Made by a program: the position numbers and the translations under genes. Below the pieces are notes generated by a model. It did no database searches. It was not told the DNA's origin and saw only the letters and a program-made list of their open reading frames with translations. Below are positions 48,632-60,400 of a stretch of 64,000 bases of DNA, in pieces. Positions within the stretch are counted from its first letter, which is position 1, and every line of letters begins with the position of its first letter. Origin of the DNA: Torpedo marmorata (lineage: Eukaryota); NCBI GenBank assembly GCA_977017645.1, contig OZ360236.1, forward strand, positions 26,908,001-26,972,000. The letters are read 5' to 3'.

Positions 48632-51575
48632 ATGAGGAATATTTTCAACTGCCAGCCATCTTTCATCAAATGAATTTCAAAACAGCACCTCTGCAATTCC
48701 ACTGATATGTGAGAACACACTCGAAAAAATAGAAGCAGGTGTAGTACAAGCCCCTGAGCATGCATTTTTATTCAAAAAAATTCACATTTGATTTTGTGCT
48801 CAAGATTTACTTTCTCACCTTATCACATCTGAACACAAGTTGCAGAAAAGCAGATGTGGGTCATTCATCTTCCTTTTAATTAGATCTGGGCTGATCTTGG
48901 ACCTCAGTACCAGCTTTCGTACTAACCCCATAACCAAATGTGCCTTGATCACTGTTTCCTCTGTTGTTCATATTGTCCAAAACTCTATCAGTCTCAATAT
49001 GCTCAATGACTGAGCATCCACAGTGCTCTGGGCCGAGAATTCCAGAGACTTAAATATACATCTCCTCACCTCAGTTCAAAATGTTTAGCCCCTTATCTTG
49101 AGGCAATTCCTCTTGACTCTGGATTCTCCCCCGAAAACATCTTGACATCTACTCTGTCAATCTTTTGCCTTAATGTAATTTCCATATGTGGTGCACATTC
49201 CACCTATTGATGCCCAGCACTGAGTGATCTAACAATCAACCTTCAAAGGGAAAAATTATTTAATTATTATCCTTGTATGCCTGAGCATTGCCCCATCAGA
49301 ATTTCCATCTTCTCTACACATTTTCACAATGTCTAACTCATGACTAAATGGGCCACATCGACTACCCAAAGGAAAATAATGGATAACAGGTGCTCAATTA
49401 TAATTTGCAAACTACTTCTGAATTAGTGTAATCAAGTTGGACTTTTTAACAAAGCTCACATATTGGTGAGAGTTATGGTTGTATTTATGCATGGGAGGCT
49501 TAATGAATTAGGTATTGGCCTAAGTAAATTTGAATACCATTTTCCAAGTGTGTTGTAACATTGTACAGCCACTCTTCACGACGGGGGATATTGTGCTCAT
49601 TCTTTTGGTATTGGCTGCCCAATAGGAACAGAAATATTGAGGAGCAGATAGGGAAACAGATCCTGGAAAGGTGTAATAATAACAGAGTTGTCGTGATGGG
49701 AGATTTTAATTTCCCAAATATCGATTGGCATCTCCCTAGAGCAAGGGGTTTAGATGGGGTGGAGTTTGTTAGGTGTGTTCAGGAAGGTTTCTTGACACAA
49801 TATGTAGATAAGCCTACAAGAGGAGAGACTGTACTTGATTTGGTATTGGGAAATGAACCTGGTCAGGTGTCAGATCTCTCAGTGGGAGAGCATTTTGGAG
49901 TTAGAAAAGCATTTAATTGGAGTAAGGGGAATTATGAGGCAATCAGGCAGGAAATTGGAAGCTTAAATTGGGAATAGATGTTCTCAGGGAAAAGTACGGA
50001 AGAAATGTGGCAAATGTTCAGGGGATATTTGTGTGGAGTTCTGCATAGGTACGTTCCAATGAGATAGGGAAGTTATGGTAGGGTACAGGAACCGTGGTGT
50101 ACAAAGGCTGTAATAAATCTAGTCAAGAAGAAAAGAAAAGCTGACAAAAGGTTCAGAGAGCTAGGTAATGTTAGTGATCCAGAAGATTATAAGGCTAACA
50201 GGAAGGAGATTAAAAAGGAAATTAGGAGAGCCAGAAGTGGCCATGAGAAGGCCTTTGTGGACAGGATTAAAGAAAACCACAAGGCATTCAACAAGTATGT
50301 GAAAAGCAAGAGGATAAGACGTGAAAGAATAGGACCTATCAAGTGTGGCAGTGGGAAAGTGTGTATGGAACCGGAGGAAATAGCAGAGGTACTTAATGAA
50401 TACTTTACTTCAGTATTCACTATGGAAAAGGATCTTGGTGATTGTAGTGATGACTTGCAGCAGACTGAAAACCTTGAGCATGTAGATATTAAGAGAGAGG
50501 ATGTGCTGGAGCCGTTGGAAAGCAGCAAGTTGGATAAGTCGCCGGGACCAGATGAGATGTACCCCAGGCTACTGTGGGAGGTGAGGGAGGAGATTGCTGG
50601 GCCTCTGGTGATGATCTTTGAATCATCAATGGGGACGGGAGAGGTTCCAGAGGATTGGAGGGTTGCAGATGTTGTTCCTTTATTCAAGAAAGGGAGCAGA
50701 GATAGCCCAGGAAATTATAGACCAGTGAGTCTTACTTCAGTGGTTTGTAAGTTGATGGAGAAGATCCTGAGAGGCAGGATTTATGAACATTTGGAGAGGT
50801 ATAATATGATTAGGAATAGTCAGCATGGCTTTGTCAAGGGCAGGTTGTGCCTTACGAGCCTGATTGAATTTTTTGAGGTTGTGACTAAACACATTGATGA
50901 AGGAAGAACAGTAGATGTAATGTATATGGATTTCAGCAAGGCATTTGATAAGGTACCCCATGCAAGGCTTATTGGGAAAGTAAGGAGGCATGGGATCCAA
51001 GGGGACGTTGCTTTGTGGATCCAGAACTGGCTTGCCCACAGAAGGCAAAGAGTGGTTGTAGACGGGTCATATTCTGAATAGAGGTCGGTGACCAGTGGTG
51101 TGCCTCAGGGATCTGTTCTGGGACCCTTACTCTTTGTGATTTTTATAAATGACCTGGATGAGGAAGTGGAGGGATGGGTTAGTAAGTTTTCTGATGACAC
51201 AAAGGTTGGGGGTGTTGTGGATAGTGTGGAGGGCTGTCAGAGGTTACAGTGGGACATTGATAGGATGCAAAACTGGGCTGAGAAGTAGCAGATGGAGTTC
51301 AACCCAGATAAATGTGAAGTGGTTCATTTTGGTAGGTCAAATATGATGGCAGAATATAGTATTAATGGTAAGACTCTTGGCAGTGTGGAGGATCAGAGGG
51401 ATCTTGGGGTCCGAGTCCATAGGACACTCAAAGCAGCTGTAAAAAACACAAATGCTGGAGAAACTCAGCAGGTCAAACTGTGTATTTTATGTAGCAAAGG
51501 TAGAAATACATAACCGACATTTCGGGCTGCCTTTGCCACCCCCCCTTCCCCCCCCTCACTCTTTTGTTCGGACGC

Positions 51576-51836
51576 TGATGTACCTATCAATGACTAGCGC
51601 GAGTCAGGAAGTGCAGGAAATCAATAGGCTTTTAATACCAGAAATCAGGCCAGGGCTAAGCTACACTTTGACCTGGTGATCCCTGCTGGACTGTCCCGGA
51701 ACTGTGGGTGGAGTCAATGGCTCAAGGCCTTTATTCCAGGGGAAAGGGGGAGGAGTCACCGGGACAGACAGACAGGTCATGGTCAGACTTGCCCCAGCCC
51801 ACAATACATATATACATACTATAGTGGTTTACCACA
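51576..51836 (-). repeat. 3' LTR (261 bp) of the Mag-like Gypsy
   Basis: Sense strand TGTGG...CATCA; direct repeat of 55954-56212. Confidence 0.95.
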
Positions 51837-51939
51837 TTCACCCCTTCTTTTAGAACAAGTCCGACGGGGGGCTGAAGTGGATACCGTAATTAAAGACCAC
51901 ACAAATATACACAGATTATTTACATAGTCACCATCACAT

Positions 51940-54900
51940 CTACAGATTGAGTCTATCCAGCGGCCGGGTTCGCCGCTGTGACCTGCGTAATACCTGCGGT
52001 GATGGTTGTGGTTGTGGAACGAGGGTACGTAATACCTGCGGTGATGGTTGTGGTTGTGGAACGAGGGTAGGGTGGGTCTGGGTCTGGTTTGCCTCCTGCC
52101 TGGCTTGTGGCTCTTCCAGCTCCGGCTGGGGCGTTGTACCCGCCGTGCTGGGAGGCGAATGGGGCGGAGGGGGCAGCTGTGACCCGGCGTTCCCGCTGTC
52201 GGGGACCTCTTCTGACGCTCCTGCAGGCGCCAGGTCCCGTATTGACACCGTGTCTTCCCGCCCGTCGGGGAAAACCACGAATGCGTACTGCGGGTTCGCG
52301 TGGATCAGCTGCACCCTCTCGACCAAGGGCTCGTACTTGCTACTCCGAAGATGTTTGCGGAGTAGCACCGGTCCCGAGGACGTCAGCCAGGCAGGGAGGG
52401 TAGTTCCGGTGGTCGATTTTCTGGGGAAGGAAAAGAGACGTTCGTGAGGGGTAGCGTTAGTGGCGGTACATAAGAGGGATCGTATAGAGTGGAGGGCGTC
52501 CGGGAGAACCTCCTGCCAGCGGGCCACTGGCCACCCTTTTGATTTCAGGGCCAGTAGTGTAGCTGTCCATACAGTGGCGTTCTCCCTCTCCACCTGTCCG
52601 TTCCCCCGCGGGTTGTACCCCGTGGTCCTACTGGTGGCGATGCCTCGGGTCTGCAGGTACTGCCGCAGCTCCTCGCTCATGAACGCGGATCCCCGATCGC
52701 TATGGACGTAGCTGGGGAACCCGAACAAGGTGAATACCTGGCGGAGGGCTTTGATAGCCGAAGCCGCCGAGGTATCAGGGCAGGGGATGGCAAAGGGGAA
52801 CCGCGAGTACTCATCGATGATATTAAGGAAGTACACGTTGCGGTTCGTGGAGGGAAGGGGGCCCTTGAAGTCTATACTGAGACGTTCGAACGGGCGGGTG
52901 GCCTTGACCAGCTGTACTCTGTCGGGGCGGTAGTACTGCGGTTTGCACTCCGCACAGACTCGGCAGCTGCTGGTCATGGTTCTGACCTCTTCCAGGGAGT
53001 AAGGCAGGTTCCGTGCTTTGATGAAGTGGAACAGCCTGGTGACTCCTGGGTGGCAGAGGTCGTTGTGTAGGGAGTATACTCGGTCGATCTGCGCGCTGGC
53101 GCACGATCCCCGGGATAGAGCGTCGGAGGGCTCGTTGAGCTTCCCGGGCCGGTAAAGGATGTCGTAATTGTAGGTGGAGAGTTCTATTCTCCACCTCATG
53201 ATTTTATCATTCTTGATTTTACCCCGCTGCTGGCTGTTAAACATGAATGCGACGGAGCGCTGGTCCGTCAGCAGGGTAAAATGTTTTCCGGCGAGATAGT
53301 GCCTCCTGTGCCGAACAGCCTCAACTATGGCCTGGGCCTCTTTCTCTACCGCGGAGTGCCGAATTTCGGGGCCTTGAAGGGTGCGGGAGAAAAACGCTAC
53401 CGGTCTTCCCGCCTGGTTGAGGGTAGCAGCCAGTGCGAAGTCCGATGCGTCGCTCTCTACCTGAAAAGGTTCCGACTCGTCCACCGCGTGCATCGCTGCT
53501 CGGGCGATGTCCCCTTTTATGAGGTCGAAGGCCTCACGTGCCTCCGCTGCTAGGGGAAACTTGGTGGATTTGACGAGGGGTCGGGCTTTGTCCGCGTAGT
53601 TTGGGACCCACTGCGCATAATACGAGAAGAACCCGAGGCATCGTTTAAGGGCTTTGGGGGTAAGGGGAATCGGAAGTTCCAACAGGGGGCGCATGCGGTC
53701 GGGGTCGGGTCCAATCACCCCGTTCTCCATGACGCACCCCAGGATAGCGAGTCGGGTAGTCCCGAACACGCATTTCTCCTCGTTATAAGTGAGGTTCAGC
53801 GTCTTAGCCGCCTGTAGGAACTTCCGAAGGTTCCTATCGTGATCCTGGCGATCATGACCACAAATGGTGATGTCGTCCAGGTACGGGAAGGTGGCAGTGA
53901 GTTTGAACTGGTCAATGATCCTGTCCATCTCCCGTTGAAACACAGATACCCCATTTGTTACCCCGAAGGGGACGCTCAGAAAATGGAATAATCTACCGTC
54001 CGCCTCGAAAGCGGTGTACGCTCAGTCTTCCCGGCGAATCGGAAGCTGGTGGTAAGCCGATTTTAGGTCAATGGTGGAAAATATTTTGTACTGCGCAATC
54101 TGGTTGACCATATCCGCGATTCTTGGCAGCGGATAGGCATCCAGTTGCGTGAACCGGTTAATGGTCTGGCTATAGTCCACCACCATCCGGCTCTTAGCCC
54201 CGTTCTTCACTACGACTACCTGTGCTCTCCAGGGGCTGTTACTGTGTGCTATGATCCCTTCCCCCAGTAGACGATGCACTTCCGCCTTAATGAATGCCCT
54301 GTCCCCTGCACTGTATCGCCTACTTTTAGTTGCTACAGGCTTACAGTCAGGGGTCAGGTTGGCGAAAAGTGACGGGGGTTGGGTCTTCAGCGTGGAGAGA
54401 CCACAGGTAGTCTGGGGCGTATTATTCAAGTACTGGGGGTTGGTCACTACGATCGGAGGGTGGGGCCCATCATATTGCATGGTGACGCTTCGCAGGTGGC
54501 TTTGGAAGTCCAGTCCCAGCAATACAGGAGCACACAAACGGGGCATGACCATCAATGAAAACCCGCGATATTCCGTGCCCTGCACTACTATGTTCGCCAC
54601 ACAACCCCCCCGGATGTCTGTTGTGTGAGTTCCAGACGCCATGGCCACCTTCTGGCTTACCGGTACAATTGTGAGGCCACAGCGCTGGACGGTGTCTGGA
54701 TGAACAAAACTTTCAGTACTGCCTGTGTCGAACAGGCAGGTAGTCTTATGCCCCTCAACTAATATGTCCATCATCGATCTGGACAGCTGATGGGGCGCGC
54801 TTTGATCCAGCGTCACGGATGCCAGGGTCGGGACGAAGTCTTGATCCGACGAGCCGTCTTGATCCGACGCTGATGGCAGCTCCCGTAGCTCGCACGTGTC

Positions 54901-55929
54901 GCTACAAGATGGCGGCGCCGGAAGTGCAGGAAGTGCCGCGGTGAGGCTATAAAATGGCCGTGCCGGAAGTGTCGATACCGGAAATGCCGAAGGCCAAGAT
55001 GGCCGCCTCCATTCCTCGCACGAGGTCACCGCCGGAAGTGACGACAGGTAAGATGGCCGCTCCCTTACTTCGCACGCGGCGCTGCTCGGACCCGTACGCG
55101 ACTTGGAGCGGCAGGCCTTAGCGTAGTGGCCTTTCTTGCCGCAGCTAGAACAAGTCGCGTCTCGGGCCGGGCAGCGCTTGCGTGGGTGTTTGTCGAGCCC
55201 GCAGAAGTAACACTTCTCGGGCTCCCGGGTAACAGCGGCAGCGGTTAACTCACGGATGGCGGCGGGCTCCCGGGTAGCGGCGGCAGCGGCCAACTCACGG
55301 ATAGCGTCGGCGGCGGCGATCGGGTCCCGGTAGACGGCAGCGGCCGTCGCGTTGCTTGCAGGGCTGGCGGTTGGGGCGATCCATGGGGCAGGCTGCGCCT
55401 GCATAGCGTCAGCGTTCCTGTGCGCCGACTCCAGCGTGAGGGCCGTCTGGACGGTAGATCTCAGGGTCAGGTCGGCGTGTTCCAGCAATCGCTGGCGAAT
55501 GTAAACCGACCTGAGCCCCATAATGATAGTGTCCCTTGCCAATATTTCAGCGTGTTGCTCAGCCGTCAGGGCTTGGCAATCGCACGCCCGCACCAGGAGC
55601 TGCACGTCCTGGATATACTCAGAGATCGACTCTCCGGGTCGCTGGTGCCGTTGCGATAACTTGTGCCTCGCGTAAACCTCGTTCACCGGCGTCAGGTACA
55701 GTCTTCGGAGGGCTTCCAAGGCATCCTCATAGGTATCACAGTCTCTGACAGTGCTATACACCCGTTTGCTTACCCTGGACATGAGGATGTCGAGTTTATC
55801 CTCGTTGGTAACCGCTCTGGTCGACCTCAGGAAGGCTACGAAGCAGCGTAGCCAGAGTTCAAAGTCACTTGTGGCATCTTGGGCCAGGGGGTCGATGTCC
55901 AGCTTGTCCGGCCTCAGAAAATTCTCCAT
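51940..55929 (-). CDS. Single gag-pol polyprotein (Gag with two Zn knuckles, protease, RT, RNase H, integrase) with one in-frame TGA at 54022-54024
   Basis: ATG at 55929 (MENFLRP); CYFCG...H...CPARDATCSSCGKKGHYAKAC; LFDTGS; RMVVDY; YLDD; ESDAS; HNDLCHPG/CRVC; IDFKGP, HSDRG, NGQVER. The two listed ORFs are in the same frame and joined by ED*AYTAFEADGRLFHFLSVPFG. Confidence 0.93.
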
Positions 55930-55953
55930 CAGATTTAGATCTGGTATTAAAAT

Positions 55954-56212
55954 TGATGTACCTATCAATGACTAGCGCGAGTCAGGAAGTGCAGGAAATC
56001 AATAGGCTTTTAATACCAGAAATCAGGCCAGGGCTAAGCTACACTTTGACCTGGTGATCCCTGCTGGACTGTCCCGGAACTGTGGGTGGAGTCAATGGCT
56101 CAAGGCCTTTATTCCAGGGGAAAGGGGGAGGTCACCGGGACAGACAGACAGGTCATGGTCAGACTTGCCCCAGCCCACAATACATATATACATACTATAG
56201 TGGTTTACCACA
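55954..56212 (-). repeat. 5' LTR (259 bp) of the Mag-like Gypsy
   Basis: Direct repeat of 51576-51836; followed on the sense strand by ATTTTAATACCAGA rather than a TGG-type PBS. Confidence 0.95.
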
Positions 56213-56232
56213 GACGCCTGCCGGCATTTTAT

Positions 56233-56273
56233 CATACTTTGATGAAGGGCTCAAGCCCAAAACGTCGGTTATA
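56233..56273 (+). ncRNA. Minimal hammerhead-ribozyme-like motif in the Penelope terminal repeat (variant core)
   Basis: TTGATGA-A-GGGC-TCAA-GCCC-AAAAC-GTC. Sister copies at 39588-39630 and 20070-20110 keep GAAAC-GT(C/T). Stem III is the loopless palindrome ACGT, as in Penelope minimal hammerheads. Confidence 0.6.
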
Positions 56274-57439
56274 TATTTCTACCTTTGCTATATAAAAGAC
56301 ACTGTTTGACCTGCTGAGTTTCTCCAGCATTTGTGTTTTTTACTTCAACCACGGTGTCGACAGATTTTCGTGTTTTACTACTCAAAGCAGCTGCGCAGGT
56401 TGATTCTGTGGTTAAGAAGGCATACGGTGTATTGGCCTTCATTAATCATGGAATTGAATTTAGGAGCCGAGAGGTAATGTTGCAGCTATATAGAACCCTG
56501 GTCAGACCCCACTTGGAGTACTGTGTGCAGTTCTGGTCACTTCACTACCGGAAGGACGTGGAAGCCATAGAAAGGGTGCAGAGGAGATTTATAAGGATGT
56601 TGCCTGGTTTAGGGAGTATGCCTTATGAAAACAGGTTGAGTGAACTTGGCCTTTTATCCTTGGAGCGACGGAGGATGAGAGGTGACCTGATAGAGGTGTA
56701 TAAGATGATGAGAGGCTTTGATCGTGTAGATAGTCAGAGGCTTTTTCCCAGGGCTGAAATGGTTGCCACAAGAGGACACAGGTTTAAGGTGCTGGGGAGT
56801 AGGTAGAGAGGAGATGTCAGGGGTAAGTTTTTTATGCAGAGAGTGCATGGAATGGGCTGCTGGCAATGGTGGTGGAGGCGTATACGATAGGGTCTTTTAA
56901 GAGACTTTTGGATAGGTACATGGAGCTTAGAAAAATAGAGGGCTATGGGTAAGCCTAGTAAGGTAGGGACATGTTTTGGCACAACTTTGTGGGCCGAAGG
57001 GCCTGTATTGTGCTGTAGGTTTTCTATGTTTTCAGTGAAATTGTTCAATCACCAAATTCAGGGCATTTTAACATTAACTTCAAAAAATCAAGAGACTGTC
57101 ACTTGGCTGTACAGACAAGTCAATGCTGAACACATACTGTAACTAACTTTGACATTTATCCAGCAGGACAAATTAAAATTGAGAATCGTACTTGTTGGTG
57201 TCTTTTCCAGTGGTGCAGTTATTTCCTGATATCTTGCATTCAGATGTACTTTGTTACCTGTTTGGTTTTCTCTTTGATTTTGCTACAATGAGAATGACTG
57301 CAGTGGTTACACATAAAAAAAAAATCTAACTCCAGCGAAATCCATTCAAATATAGCTACTGCAAGGTTTGTGCTTGGATGCATATCTTGGGCTTCACTTC
57401 AACACTTTCTACCAGTTGTAAATGCTTTAATGCTGAACA

Positions 57440-60400
57440 TAGAACAGATCCTGTACTGTGCTGTAATGTTCTTCAACCCACGATGTTGTGCCAACCTATA
57501 TACACCTACCCAAAAAATCTAAACCATCCCTACCTCCTAACCCTCTATTTTTCTTTCATCCATGTGCCTGTCTAAGAGTCTCTTAAATGCCCCTATTGTT
57601 CCAGCCTCTGCGACCACTCCTGGCAATGCACTCCAGGCACCCACATTGCTCTGTGTAAAAAAAAACCAACTTACCCCTAACGACTCCATAAACCTTCCTC
57701 CCTTCACTTTGTACAGATGTCCTCTGGTGTTTGCCACTCCTGCCCTGGGAAAAAAGGTGCTGGCTGTCTACCTTTTCTATGCCTCTCATAATCTAGTAGA
57801 CCTCTATTAAGTCACCTCTCATCCTTCTTCACTCCAAAGAGAAAAGCCCTAGCTCTGCTGACCTTGCTTCTAATAGATATTTTTCAATCCAGGCAACATC
57901 CTGGTAAATCTCTTCTGCACTCTCTTCATAGCTTCCACATCCTTCCTGTAATGAACTGAACACAATATTCTAAGTGCAGTCTCAGCATATATTTATAGAG
58001 CTGCAACGTTATGTCAAACTCCTGAACTCAATCCCCTGACTAATGAAGCCCAGCATACCATAGGCCTTCTTAACTATTCTATCAACTTGCGCGGAAACCT
58101 TGAGAGATCTATGGTTTGGACCCAAAGGTCCCTCTGTTCTTCCACACCATTAAGTATCCTATCATTAATCATGTACTCTGCCTTCAAGTTTGACCTTCCA
58201 AAATGCATCACCTCACACTTATCCAGATTGAACTCCATCTGCAACTTTTCCACCCATATCTGCATCCGGTCTATATTGTAACCTACGACAACCTTCAACA
58301 CTATCCACAACACCTCCAAGCTTCATATCATCAAACTTACTGCCCCATCCCTCTACCTCTTCGTCCAGGTCATTTATAAAAAATAGGAGTCCCAGAACAG
58401 ATCCATGCGGAAATCCATCGGTCACTGACCTCCAGACAGAATCTTTCCATTCCACTATTATCCTCTGCTTTCTGCAGGCAAGCCATTTCTGAATCCACAC
58501 AACCAAGGTTCCATGGATCCCATGTCTCATGACATTATGAACGAGTCTCCCATGGGGAACCTTGTCAAATGCCATACTAAAATTCAAATACACCACATCT
58601 TCCACCCTACCTTCATCAATTTCTTTTGTTACCTCCTCAAAAAACAATTAGGCTCGTGAGGCTCGACCTTCCCCTATTTGGGGGCCTATAGACTACTCCC
58701 AATACAGTGATTGCTCCCTCCCTATTTCTGATTTCAACCCACACCGACTCCCTCCACAGCATCCTCCCTTTCTGCAGCTGTGATGCTATCCCTGACCAGT
58801 AATGTTACTGCCCCCCCCCCTCTTTTACCTCCCATCCTCTCCCTTTTATAACATCTAAATCCCAGTACCTGCATCAGCCTTATCCTGTCCTTGCATCAGT
58901 CAAGTTTCTGTAACGGCTATAACATCATAATTCCACATACTGTCCATGCACGGTTCCATCTCCTTTATTCCTGATACCACATGCATTGAAATATGCACAT
59001 TTCAAACCCTCCAACTGACTACATTTATGCTTCCTCCCCTGCCTGTCTTTCATCACAAACCTAAAACGCACCACATCATCCTTTCCAATTTCTGCTCTAT
59101 TCTCTGCCCTCACATTCTGGGTCCCATCCCCCTACCAAACTAGTTTAAACTCTCCCCAAAAGCTCCAGCAAACCTGCCCGCCAGGATATTGGTCCCTTTC
59201 CAGTTCAGGTGCAGCCCATCCTTTTTGTACAGGTCATACCTTCCCCAGAAGAGATCCCAATGTTCCACAAATCTGAACTGCTGCCCCCTGCACCAACTCT
59301 TCAGCCACGCATTCATCTATTACAACTTTTTATTCCTACCCTCACTGGCATGTGGCACAGGCTGCAATCCCGAGATGACCACCTTTGAGGTCCTACTTTT
59401 CAGCTTCCTTCCTAATTTCCTATATTTCTTCTTCAGGACCTCATCCCTACTCCTATCTATGTCATTGGTACCAATGCGGACCACAAAATCTAGCTTCTAA
59501 CCCTCCCACTTCAGAATGCTGTGGACTTGATCTGAGATGTCCCTGACCCTGGCATCTGGGAGGCAACATACCATCTGGGAGTCTCAATCTTATTCACAGA
59601 ACCTCCTATCTATTTGCCTAACTATCGAATCCCCAATCACTACAGCTCTCTTCTTCTCCCCTTCTGATCCAAAGGGCCAGAATCTGTGCCAGAGACCTGA
59701 CCACTACGACTTGTCCCCAGTAGATTATCCCCCCCGAACAGTATCCAAAGCGGTATACTTATTGTTGAGGGGAACGGCCACAGGGGTGCTCTACACTGAC
59801 TGACTGCTTATTCTCCTTCCCTCTCCTAACAGACACCCAGCCTCTTGCCTTTTGGGTGTGACTGTCTCCCTATATCACCCCCTCTGCCTCCGAAATAAAC
59901 CAGAGTTCATCCAGCTCCAGTTCCCTAACGGTCTAAAGGAGCTGCAGCTGGATGCACCTCTTGCAGGAGTAGTCATCAGGGACAATTGTGCTCTCCCAGA
60001 TTTCCCACATCCTGCAATTGGAGCATTCCACTTCCCTTGCTGCCATATCCACTACCTACTCTTTGTTACTCTGCAAAGATCTTACCTGACCTTACCTGTT
60101 GTGCGTCCTCAGCCTCTGCTCGCCGAAGTCTCTCGAGCCAACGCCTTTACATCTCCACCAACACTGAGCCACTCTCACACTGTCCACTCTGCTTCAACTT
60201 CCCTTCTTTTTATTGGCTACAGCTAATTGGCCAATGGGAAAATTTATAAGAGCACCTATCTCTCCCATTGCTTTTTAAATGCTCCTACTCTCAGTCACAG
60301 TCCCACTCTCGCAGTCCCCGACATGATTTAAATGAGCACCTACCTCTCCCGTTGCTTTTTTAACTACTCCTCCTCTCGTTCACAGTCCCGCTGTTGCAGT

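Larger units (their letters stand above)
51576..56212 (-). mobile_element. Young full-length Ty3/Gypsy LTR retrotransposon (Mag-like)
   Basis: LTRs 51576-51836 and 55954-56212 differ only by a 2-bp indel by eye; 5-bp TSD GACGC at 51571-51575 and 56213-56217; PPT AAAAGAAGGGGTGAA next to the 3' LTR; GC- and CpG-rich interior. Confidence 0.97.
51440..56379 (+). mobile_element. Short Penelope-derived insertion with inverted terminal copy, split by the Gypsy element; own sequence at 51440-51575 and 56213-56379
   Basis: 13-14-bp TSD ACTCAAAGCAGCT(G) at 51426-51439 and 56380-56393; 51439-51528 is the reverse complement of about 56255-56343. Confidence 0.85.
49600..57032 (+). mobile_element. CR1-clade LINE (ORF2 endonuclease-RT), split at 51440-56379
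   Basis: [58 protein letters not shown]; resumes at 56380 (RPHLEYCVQFWS) and ends in a CR1 tail near 57030. Confidence 0.92.

Noticed and set aside
54022-54024. Programmed gag-pol readthrough codon
   Set aside because: The TGA lies inside the RT domain rather than at the gag/pol boundary and is simply explained by a CpG transition; it would be reconsidered only if sibling copies share it.
3009-55929. Prokaryotic RT systems (retron, DGR, group II intron)
   Set aside because: All RT motifs fit eukaryotic L1, CR1, Rex1/Babar, Penelope or Gypsy elements, with poly(A) tails, LTRs or TSDs.
51947-56057. Many + strand ORFs opposite gag-pol
   Set aside because: Expected antisense shadows of a GC-rich coding region; no recognisable domains.
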